Origin: Trichoplax adhaerens
Taxonomy: Eukaryota; Animalia; Placozoa
Length of the DNA stretch: 64,000 bases
Assembly: GCF_000150275.1 (NCBI RefSeq)
Contig: NW_002060947.1
Span: forward strand, 3,834,335 to 3,898,334
Direction: 5' to 3'
The notes beneath the pieces are model-generated. The model was not told the DNA's origin, ran no database searches, and worked only from the letters and a program-made list of their open reading frames with translations. The number at the start of each line of letters is the position of its first letter. Within the stretch, counting starts at the first letter, position 1. Both the position numbers and the translations under genes were made by a program. Below, piece by piece: positions 53,551 through 64,000 of this stretch.

Positions 53551-54279
53551 CGCTTTTATATGCAGTTTATGCGATGGTGCAATGCAGCGATATACTGTAT
53601 TATTGTTGATTTGTTATAACTGCCTGCGTTAATTTCTGTATTCAGCTTTGAGATATAGTCTGTATCATTTTTATAAATAGTAGAAGATAGTTTATTACAT
53701 GACAGCATTGGCTGTCACAAATTGCTATGCTAATACGGTATTTTGATGGAGAAATGACGTCATTATTTGGCGATATGTTAACGAGTAGACTTCAAGCTTG
53801 CCTGACGATACTGATACCTACACACTTCATCAGTAAGTAACATCAAGTCATGGACAACTAGAAGAAGGCCTTTCCTTCCACTGTAGTTGTCCATACATTT
53901 AGTAAATCATCAAGCGCTTCAACTACAAGTTCATTTTAAACGTAATGTGGATACGTAGTAGTGAATTGGATTGAATTAGGAGATAGGCAAGTAAACATGG
54001 TTAAATTGGTGCACCATTTAAGAAATACTCGACTACGTTTATGGATGATGGATAGTGGTTGATTACTAAAGTGCTCAGATAAGCACTGAAGTGAAAAAAA
54101 ATGAGCAGTGTACAATCCATAGTATTGTGTCATAATAAAAGTGTTATATTCTGCAGTGGCACAACATCACAACGCGCCAATAAGTTACTGACTGATACAG
54201 TGCAAAATTAGTAGTAACTATATATTTATTTACTCTTGCAGAATAAACTCAATAATAATTTTATAACGCCTTGGTCATC

Positions 54280-57200
54280 ATGTTGTCGTCAACGGAAGGC
54301 GATCAAAGAATGCCATTTTATTACCAGTCACCTCATCAACATCTTCAACCGCCTGCAATGCGTCATCCCGGTTATACTGAAATAATACGGTTCCAATCTT
54401 ACGATGATCATGGTATTCGCGCCGGCCGACATACAACAAATCATGGTAATTTGCAAATTCGTCAAGATCATGGTTATCCGAATTATCCATCAGAGCAAGC
54501 ACAATATTTTAATAATGCTCCACGTTTTATAAGGTAAAGGGAAAAAATAAAGTATCGATGTTCGAGCCGAACTAAGATTTATTACATGGAATGTTATACA
54601 GTAGCATATTTCAGTCACATTAATAATGTTACAACCAATTTTGCACTTGATTCACTATCATTGAGACATTGATAAAGAATTTTAGCTGAAATACGCCAGT
54701 TTATTACGAGGAGCTTAGTGCCGTTTTCTTAAAGTATCTCAGAATGTAGTAACAAATCAGATCGAGATTTTACGTTCTACGGAACAAGTGAAGCTTTGAA
54801 TGAAGAAATATTTTAGTAGAATATCAATTAATTTCTAATAAATATGAAACTAAAATAGCGAAATAGTGTGATGGTGTTATACATACATAACACAGTATAT
54901 CGTAAAGCGCCAAATACTTTGCTAGCTTGTCCTTACGTAAGGTCAACTGCTTACTGTATGCGTCAGTACCAAAATTCCTTTTCCAAGAGATTACTATTTA
55001 AAATTTGTTAAACATTGTCTACTGCTCACGGCTAGTACAAGAAGCAATTACAAAAGAGCTATAAACCGAGTTAATTTCATATGTTGTATTGTTTCATCAT
55101 ATAGACATATACTATATTCCTTTTCCAGTGGGTAATGACACATTCTCTAAATTATCTTTCAATTACCAATGTATTTGATTATTTCGAATCTCTAACGCAT
55201 AATCATACTATTAATTAAATAAGATTTAACAGTCAAAGCAATCCCTCGTTTAGAAATAATGGAAATATGAGACGCAGACATCCTACTGATGGCCATCGTG
55301 AAAGAGGACCGAGGCAAGTCTGATTTTTTTGGCGCATAACTGTGATATGTATGGAATTAACAATTTTAGTCAGTCATCTTGCAATATACCTGTGATTGAG
55401 ATGAAGCAAAAGCATAGCAAAAAACTGAATTTCAACTTAAATATATTATAGAAAGCAAAGTGCAGATAAGAGAAGTAATCAAAAATACAAGGATCAATAT
55501 CTCAAAGTGGTTTGTACGATTTAATTTTTATATGGCAAATTGGTTTACTGCGATCATATAACATGTACATAGAAATCAAGTACAGTACATTATTCGAGGA
55601 TATTTTATTAGTCAATTACTATACAACTTTTTAGCTTGTGTCATGTTTGTGACTTGTAAGACTAATTACTCACTTCATGAACTTATTACATTCTGATATT
55701 GTAACTTGTAGAATCGCATGCAATCGAGCACAGGAAAAGATGGTATTCAATCAAATCACCAACTGAAAAAAAATACAAACGAACAACAAAGGACCACATC
55801 GCCAGATAGTGGAATTGTTGAGAGGTAATTTTGTTAGACCTGCGTATTTTCGATTATAATTACAAGCCTAAGTAACTGTAACAGTTTTAAAGAATATGTG
55901 TGGATTTTTCTTGTATTTTTAGATGCAGTCCAACATATGATCAAACCAGCTCCAAATCAGAGCAATGTGATAGTAGTACTAACGCAGAACGCCTATTTAT
56001 TAATGATGCGACTTCACAAGCTGTAACGATGAAGGCAGTCTCTTTGGGGGATCGTGATAAAATTGTCAGCCATACTGATGTGGAATGCATAAATTCTGAT
56101 CAGTTTTACGATGGTAATCATAAAGATAATGATAAAGTACCTGTTGAAACTATACATAAAAGTTCAAATATCAACTATAAAATGCACGTAACCCCATCGA
56201 ATGCAGACGATTTACTGGATGCCGTTTCTGTTCAACTGAAAGATGCAGAACACACATTTAATGATAAAAATGTAGCACCTCAGATAATGTGTGGGTGTGA
56301 ATCATTGGAGGACGTTAAAAATCACGCCGCATCTAGGGTATATCTTGCTGATGCTGACAAGATAGTTACTAATAAAGATCAAAATATAGAACACGTTGGT
56401 GTCAGTACAGAGCGTGATTGTGACAAATCTGAAAAGGAAAATATGAACTTAGATAACAACAAACAGGACCTAAACGAATGCATCCAAGACTCAGTTAAGA
56501 AAATTAAGAAGAATATTAACAAGAAAATTCGAAATCCAGAAACACATCAGCTTTATTGTAACTGGTGCTTCTGGTACGATTGCCCCTCAAGAGGCAATGT
56601 TAAGCCTGTCAAACAAGATTCCACATCTTATCAAGATTCGTTAAACATTATAAATGTTATTACTACGGTAAAAATTTTATTTGCATGATAATCATCTTTT
56701 ATGCTAGAGTTTCCTTTCGGTAGTCATCTCTAGTCCATACAGTGCTATGCATTGCAATCTAATACCATTTAATCAAATATAATCTTCAGGTTGAAAACTT
56801 TTGGGGTACCATACATCATTTGAAACCTCCAAGTATACTCTCAGAACGATCGAACTATCACTTTTTTAAAGTCTGTAAATTTTTTATTTCGCTGCTTGAC
56901 TTACACGAGTATTGCTATTTTTGCGATGCAGCTTTTATTCAATAAGATTTTCGTATATTTATACAGAAAGGTATAAAGCCAATGTGGGAAGATAAAGCTA
57001 ATCAGGATGTGAGTTTACCTTCGTAATATTTGTATTTGAAGATATATCTCAATGTTGCTCTTCCTGCTATTTTAGGGAGGAAAATGGGTAATGACTATTG
57101 GACAATCACATCCGGACCTAGTAAACAATCTATGGAATGAATTGGTACTTATTAATAAGCTTTAAACAGTCCAATTGCAAATGTATAAATTAATTATTGG

Positions 57201-58055
57201 AATGTTAAACTTTGATTGCCAAATTTAATAGTTAATGGCCCTTGTTGGTGGACACTTTGAATACAATGATGAAATTTGTGGTGCGGGTACGTTTTATGTA
57301 CTCATTATTTAGTATCGCATTCTTCTTTATAATAATACTTTTGTTTCCATTAACGCAGTACTTTCTCGACGAAGAGAAGATAAGATTGCTTTATGGACTA
57401 AACGAAGCGGTGCCGATACAATTAATCTTTTGATAGGGTAAAATTTTTAAGGAACTATTTAGTATTGATTACAGATTAATATTAAATGAACTATCACGAG
57501 TTTTGTTATTACAGTGACCAGGGTTAACAGTTTTCTTTAATTAATTTTATAGTATATTTTACACTTAACTAGCACAGTTTAGCTCAAATTAGACGTAGTT
57601 AGTTGAAGTTGACTATAAGTGCATCATTAGGCACACACGGCATTATCGAATTTTAATCGCTAAGCTTACAGAGAGAATTCGTTATTAGTTCAACTACAAA
57701 ATAGGGCATGTGAATTTTATTGAAAGAATTTACGATATTTTTTAATATAGGAAGCAGTTCGTTAAAACTTTAGCTTACGCAACGGGACTTGAGAAGATGA
57801 TGGAATCGTTTTTGTGCGAGTTGTCAGGTGGATTTTTACGTGATATTAGAATAGATTATCTAATTCACAAAGACTCAGTAAAAACTGGAACCTCCTATAT
57901 GAATCGACAGCATGCCACTAAACTTAGTATTATCGAGGTTTGTTAAAATTTACCTTTTATGAAAAGTAACTTTAGTCAACGATTTAGATGATGCATTTAC
58001 TAAATTTTGCATTATCATTGATTTTTAGGGCATGAGCAAAGATTTGCGAAATTAA
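54280..58055 (+). CDS. eIF4E-family cap-binding protein with long N-terminal extension, ~12-13 exons, ~600 aa
   Basis: Exons 54280-54533, (optional 27-nt exon ~55105-55131), 55224-55313, 55452-55509, 55712-55824, 55923-56667, 56790-56870, 56967-57008, 57076-57144, 57232-57286, 57359-57437, 57751-57937, 58029-58055 are phase-consistent. IF4E domain motifs: HQLYCNWCFWYD, VENFW, YHFFKKGIKPMWED, GGKW, LWNELLMALVG, EICGAV, EDKIALW. Confidence 0.9.
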
Positions 58056-59063
58056 CCCGACTTAATAACGATATTCTATTTATTTACATGAAATGTGTGC
58101 AACAAAATTGTAATTCTGTGTTAATGAGAGACCCACATCAACTTATAATTGTGGCGTACATAATCTCAAAATATACTAAATGTAAACTACTCGATTACCG
58201 ACCCTAGAGATTGGTTAAATTAGAGTTGCAGTAAATGACTGACAACCACAAATTATTGTTATATAACGTCGATATCAATGTACCTATTATTTCGACCTTT
58301 TTAAATAATAAAAAGTTATCGTTCTTCACCATCAATTTTACTATGCTATCGAAGCTCAATTCTGCGGTCTGACGTGTTTTAATAGATTGATATCAAATCT
58401 GCACCTATACCCCTTTAAAGCCTGAAATGTAATGGACGCTACCTATTAGATCTGTAAGACGATCATTACAAGACAGCAAAGGACAATTAATAATGATTAC
58501 AGAGTGCTTTCAACTACGACAGATTTTTCGTCCTAGGTCCTTCAATTTAATTTGCATAGTTAATGGAAGTATTCGAATCACTCTTAAAAATCAGTTAAAA
58601 AATTATTTACTACATTAAGCGCGATTGTACAAATGCATGTAAAAGCAACAAATTGCCATTAGGCAGTTGGGTATAGATAGGTAAATGCATTTTGCATTGT
58701 GCACATATAAACAGAATCACGTTTAAAATATTTTTATTGAATCAATTTTATCCAATCATTAAGTATAACAGTGCATTACAGGTTATTATGATTGGTATCC
58801 ACCCTACTACATTACGCGTATGTTTAGTTATTAGATGATGTAATTCACTACTAAGAAGTATGTTAAAATCTAATTGGTTCATAACGTACGTGAATCTTTA
58901 AAATTGTATTTTAAAACACGAAAGAATGTAACAAAATAATTGAGTAGTATTTACTGAAGCACTAAACGATATTACAGGTTGGTCGTATAGAGTCGAAAGG
59001 TAATTTTAGTAAATATCTGAAGTTATAAATACTGTACATGTCTGAGAGTAAGCAAACTATCGC

Positions 59064-60192
59064 CTAAATAGCTAGTCCAAAAACACTGACAATACAATAC
59101 ATGCTTTTATTTTCCCATCTAACGGTACAACTGCCATCAGTCGAATTATCCCAGAAGCAAGAACTCGCTGTGTGAAGACCAGCACCATTCTTCTGCATAA
59201 TGGCACATGTAACTATAAATTAGAAAAATTATCACCGTTAACGTGTTAAACATTATCTGGATTGATTATAAAAAAGCAAGAAAAGAAATTTATTATAGAC
59301 CACTATTAAATAGTTCAAATAAGTTTAAGTTGGTAGACTAGAGGATCCTGACAACATGATTGTAATTGCAAAGCGTAATATTTACCAATATATTTGAAAG
59401 GCTTTCCTAGCCTAGTCAATTGATTTAAGCATTGTTCAACAATAGTGGAGGTCCACTGGTTTATTTTACTGTGTTGATAAGCATTTCCACCCAAAGTATT
59501 TTCGACACTCTGAAAGCATTTCCACGAATGATTGTCAAGTTGTTATATCATAGACTTACGTGTAGAATACGAAATCTTTTTACAGTACGCTTGTATGTTA
59601 GTACCGTACTGTAAAGAGGAATTCTTTAACTCATCTCTGAACAAATTATCTATATTGTCTTCTTAAGAAATGATGCATAGTCATTTACGATACATTCAGG
59701 CTGTCTTTACTGACAGTCAGTTATAGCTAGTCAATATAGATTGGAAGTTTCCCTATAGACGGTACCGTATTTCGACACTTTATTACACGAATTTATACTA
59801 GCAAATAACACTCCAACAGTATGACCGTTCATCTTACCTCCTTGATGATATTACTAACTTCATCCACGACGAAAGACGTCTACGTTAAGATTTGAAAAAA
59901 TTAGAAATAGTCAAGATCGATCAATTACGGTTGAAAAAATAGAAAAAAGTAAGTTTTGATTCAATGATCGTGAACTACTCCCGACAGGAGGTAAATTCAA
60001 ATTCAAATGCAGTACAGTGTTCTACTTGTAATGTGAAGTAGGACTGTCCACCACAGGACGCTTTGACAACAGTTTGTAAAACTTTCGTAATATTAAGAAT
60101 AATTCTAAATATCACCAATCAACAATCGTAGTTCAAAGTAACAACAGTCAATTTACTGAAAGTACCTCTTCAGCAGATTGAAAATCATCCAT
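59064..60192 (-). CDS. DYNLT1: Dynein light chain Tctex-type 1, 4 exons, 113 aa
   Basis: Exons 60192-60166, 59879-59838, 59509-59386, 59212-59064 give [113 protein letters not shown], the canonical Tctex-1 sequence. Confidence 0.97.
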
Positions 60193-60339
60193 GATTATAT
60201 GTGAGTAGATACTTTTAAAAAAATTATTCTTGAGGATTTCAACAGCGAATTTTGTCAATTTTTGAATTGCAACCTAAAGAGCTTGATGTACATACAGTAG
60301 CGTAATATAACAGGTATGACCAGCGATGGTGAAGGGCAT

Positions 60340-60625
60340 CTATAGTACAGTGTACAGTACTGTACTTTTGATGGTTACAGTGGGGGGAGGGAACTGTGCA
60401 CCGTACTGAACATACTGTACAGTGCACACTATGACATTTGACTTTGGCGTAGGGTATGACTCTGTACTGGTGGACCTTCTCTAACTACACAGTGTAATGT
60501 ACTGTGATAATTTACTGTACCGTCCATCAGCGGTAATAGAGGCTATACTGCAGCATATTAGCTCGTAGATGAATGATACAGTAAAATAGTGCGATAGTAT
60601 ATTGTACTGTAGACTACAGTACTCT
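60340..60625. repeat. ACAGT/ACTGT microsatellite cluster upstream of DYNLT1
   Basis: TAGTACAGTGTACAGTACTGTAC, TACTGTACAGTG and GTACTGTAGACTACAGTAC blocks lie within ~450 bp 5' of the DYNLT1 ATG. Confidence 0.7.
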
Positions 60626-60693
60626 GCTAGCAGCTATCGCCCCTCGCAACAACGCAACAAAACAAATACTGTATTAAGGTAAACACTGTTGTC

Positions 60694-60709
60694 GGGCGGA
60701 GTGCGCATG
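60694..60709. promoter_or_regulatory. GC-box plus NRF1-like motif in the DYNLT1/UBE3D divergent region
   Basis: GGGCGG (60694-60699) is followed by TGCGCATG (60702-60709) in an otherwise AT-rich context. Short motifs; may be chance. Confidence 0.3.
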
Positions 60710-60766
60710 GTGTGATGCGAAACCAGCAAACTGTAGCCAGTCTGTACCTTAAATGATGTCACCCCT

Positions 60767-62026
60767 TCACGATGGTTTGTACTGTAGACATCGACTGTGT
60801 ACTGTAATAGAACATACTGTACTGTACTCTACTATACTGTAGACTTAACTTACTGTATGTTTCTGAATCATTGGAAAGTCTGTCTGACCAACTGAAAGAA
60901 AGAATGCTACCCAGGGTGACATCATTTGCGGTAGAGACTGTACAGTGTACAGTACACTCGGGAGTACAGTACACTGCAGTCAGGCAGACTTGGGACTGGT
61001 CAGTCATCCCTTACTCAGACAGACGGATTTTGGACCAAATGTGACTGTAATATCACGATGGCTTGTACTGTAAACATCGACTATGTACTGTACTGTAATA
61101 GAACATACAGTACAGTACAGTACTGTACTGTACTATACTGTAGACTTAACTTACTGTACTGTACAGTACAGTATGTTTCTGAATCATTGGAAAGTCTGTC
61201 TGACCAACTGAAAGAAAGAAAGAATGCTACCCGGGGTGACATCATTTGAGGTAGAGACCTGTACAGTGTACAGTACACTGCAGTCATGGACTACTACAGG
61301 CAGACTTGGACTGGTCAGTCATCACTCACTCAGACAGACGGATTTTTGGACTGTCTTACCTACTGTAGACTTAACTTACTGTATGTTTCTGAATCATTGG
61401 AAAGTCTGTCTGATCAACTGAAAGAAAGAATGCTACCCGGGGTGACATCATTTGCGGTAGAGACTGTACAGTGTACAGTACACTCGGGAGTACAGTACAC
61501 TGCAGTCAGGCAGACTTGGGACTGGTCAGTCATCCCTTACTCAGACAGACGGATTTTGGACCAAATGTGACTGTAATATCACGATGGCTTGTACTGTAGA
61601 CATCGACTATGTACTGTACTACTGTACAGTATACTGTACTGTAGACTTAACTTACTGTACTGTACAGTACAGTATGTTTCTGAATCATTGGAAAGTCTGT
61701 CTGACCAACTGAAAGAAAGAAAGAATGCTACCCGGGGTGACATCATTTGAGGTAGAGACCTGTACAGTGTACAGTACACTGCAGTCATGGACTACTACAG
61801 GCAGACTTGGACTGGTCAGTCATCACTCACTCAGACAGACGGATTTTTGGACTGTCTTACCAACTGAAAGAAAGGATGCTGCCAGGGGTGACATCATTTG
61901 AGGTAGAGACTGTACAGTGTACAGTGTACAGTACAGTACAGTACTGTACTACAGGCAGACTTGGGACTGGTCCGTCATCACTCACTCAGACAGACGGATT
62001 TTTGGACCAAATGTGACCGTAATATC
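60767..62026. repeat. Higher-order tandem satellite: five ~170-310-bp units (A-B-A'-B-partial, 526-bp super-period)
   Basis: Core GGGTGACATCATTTG...CAGGCAGACTTGG...ACTCAGACAGACGGATTTT occurs five times. TCACGATGG unit starts at 60767, 61053 and 61579; truncated units start near 61361 and 61862. Units differ in embedded ACAGT copy number. Confidence 0.95.
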
Positions 62027-62887
62027 GAAAAAGTATTAGTTAGTATGGATCTTTCGTGTCTGAATCACTGGCATTAATTTAAATAACATCGACGATCTTA
62101 TAGAAATATTTTTCTTTTAACATTGAATGTGATATGACTTAATTTAAAAAAATCTGTCAATTTAAAATCGATCGTCTCCATACTAAAGCACTGTCACAAT
62201 CAGGTGTTTGGCGCAATGTTTTAACGAGATGAGGCCAAGAGTGTCTGTCCGTCCAAGAGTGATCAGTCCAGCCCAGGTCTTCTTCTTCAGGTAGTGCATG
62301 CCTACCAGTCAGAGGCTACTCCACAAAAAAGTGAGTGTAAAAATGAAAAACTAGAGTCCCTTGTCGATACTGAAACGGAAAGCTACAGCACAGTATACGT
62401 AAATATCCTTGCAGAGATGATTAGCACAGCCGAACCTTTCTCAGGTCTATTCCAGACCAATGCAATGGACAGTAAAGCCGTAGAGCAGCACCCTTAGCAA
62501 AATCATGGAAGTCATTTTCCATTACCTCTATGGCAAAAAAACAATACCACCATTTCGTTCTCCGTGCTTAAGCTATTATTCAGTCCGAAGTTTAGTAAGT
62601 CTATTAGAATCCAGCAGTCGTTCCGCACCAATTGCTAGTAGTGATACATCATTTTCCTTGTCAGTCAGGCATAGTCTCATACAGTTCATCGATAAACAGC
62701 TATTACACTCAGTTACAATCAGTGCCTTCCAAACCAGTAGCAGGACCCGTTGAATATCCTGCTCGTCTGATGTTCTACAGTATATCCAGGATTGAGCCCA
62801 GCTGCAAGCCGGTATAACCGGTACCGGTACTGCAGCTGAGAATACACAATCGCTATGCAGTTGCTTGATACCCGACCATCTCATTTT

Positions 62888-63852
62888 ATGGATCCTAATT
62901 TTATAATACGTTTTTTATCAATTACACCTAATATTAATACAGTAGATATAGTTTTAAAAATAGCTTCAATCCCCAATAGAGATATTAAATGTAGTTTCAA
63001 GATTGTAATTAATAAAGCGAGCATTTGCATACAAAATAAATATTCCAATCATATTCAAAATTTATTCCCTCAACTGACGTCATTTCAATATCAACCCGAT
63101 CAATTACTCCAGCTTAATGTTGGGAAAGATGGCGAAATCCACATTAAACTCAAAGTTAATAAACTTTATCAAATTTCAAGTAATGACCAAATTTTACTAG
63201 ATCCTATTCCAGATCGCTACGATGATCAAGAGCCCTTGATCAGTGGTTTATTTTGCAAGAACTGTATGAACAATATCATACCTGATGATAGGTGATGTTA
63301 TAAAAAGAAGAAGCCTAAAAAATGTTACCAGTGCACTATGTTGAGTAGTTTATAACTAGTCTATGTTACATTTCACTCGTCATATGCCGTAATGCACTTT
63401 CAATCATACAAGAAATATTAGCCTTAAGTAAGCTACTGTAGAGTCGAAGTTAACTGATTTTAAATGTCAAATTCTTTGGAGCTTTTTTACTTAGCATACT
63501 GTACGCGTATCGCTATACCAACGAGAGAACGGCTAATTCTGATTAGTCTTGCACATTATACACGTCCAGTATCTGCTGCATACACTGTGAAATTGTCTAC
63601 TTGCTGATTTATAATGATAGTCTCGGAATGTTTGCGATTCGTAGGCCCATCGCTAAAATCTTACCTCTACCATCAGAAAATTGGAGCGAGATGACAGCAA
63701 TGTGGTATTGCCATCCCAGTGATACTTCAACTCCAGCCAAATTGGTGACCAATAACCGCAACACTTGTTTAAAAAACGAAACCAGCATTTATTTAAGTGA
63801 ATGCAATATAGCTCCTACTGCCGTTAAGCATCTGAATGATGAAAGCAAAGTT
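62888..63852 (+). CDS. UBE3D: E3 ubiquitin-protein ligase E3D (HECT_2 family), first two exons; continues beyond the window
   Basis: Exon 62888-63291 ends with LFCKNC (CxxC). Exon 63645-63852 encodes ILPLPSENWSEMTAMWYCH, the UBE3D/HECT_2 signature LPLPSENW...WxCH. Alternative upstream ATG at 62855. Confidence 0.85.
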
Positions 63853-64000
63853 GTACGTAAATCTAGAAATGTAACTGCATGTAACAAACCAAAAACAGTA
63901 GTAGAAATAACAGTGGCGAATTATTGCATTATAATAGTATTTGCGCAACCATTAGCTTTTGAACAAAAGTTTTGTATATTTGTGTATACGCGTAGATACA

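Noticed and set aside
51122-53632. Cys/Tyr/Thr/Val-rich ORFs (YCTVQYSTVL...)
   Set aside because: Translations of ACAGT/ACTGT microsatellite, which has no stop codons in most frames; not real proteins.
60239-62016. Repeated short ORFs in the satellite (SESLESLSDQLKER...)
   Set aside because: They arise from tandem units with frame-shifting indels; no transposase or other domain recognised.
1-64000. tRNA, rRNA, snRNA genes and U12 (AT-AC) introns
   Set aside because: By eye I found no cloverleaf with a T-loop and no rRNA or snRNA signature. All traced introns are GT-AG or GC-AG without the U12 RTATCCTT donor. A covariance-model scan would be needed to exclude divergent RNAs.

Overview
Eukaryotic, AT-rich animal genomic DNA with compact genes and short GT-AG introns. 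The gene architecture and very abundant ACAGT/ACTGT microsatellites point to a placozoan (Trichoplax-like) genome; this is inference, not a database match. I reconstructed eight protein-coding genes by hand, checking splice phases. In order: an intronless class A GPCR (opsin/GPR161-like, +); PDSS2 (-); a 13-exon, probably secreted six-bladed NHL/Vgb-type beta-propeller missed by the ORF track (+); a ~46-exon outer-arm dynein heavy chain DNAH5/8 (-); Mps1/TTK kinase (-); an eIF4E-family protein with a ~380-aa N-terminal extension (+); dynein light chain DYNLT1/Tctex1 (-, also missed by the ORF track); and the 5' part of UBE3D (+). Six of the genes form three head-to-head pairs, and each shared upstream region carries ACAGT arrays. 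Repeats: an 81/89-bp minisatellite, a 180-bp duplication, small foldback MITE-like elements and a higher-order ~290-bp satellite. Most notable: (1) the GPCR lacks the opsin Lys 7.43 but has lysines at 2.57 (rhodopsin G90) and 7.42 plus an acidic residue at 181; (2) the bacterial-looking but intron-rich propeller gene; (3) the atypical eIF4E; (4) extreme 3' intron depletion in the dynein gene; (5) an RFX X-box and a CDE/CHR-like element upstream of the expected genes; (6) linkage of genes whose human counterparts are on chromosome 6. No tRNA, rRNA, CRISPR array or transposase ORF was found.
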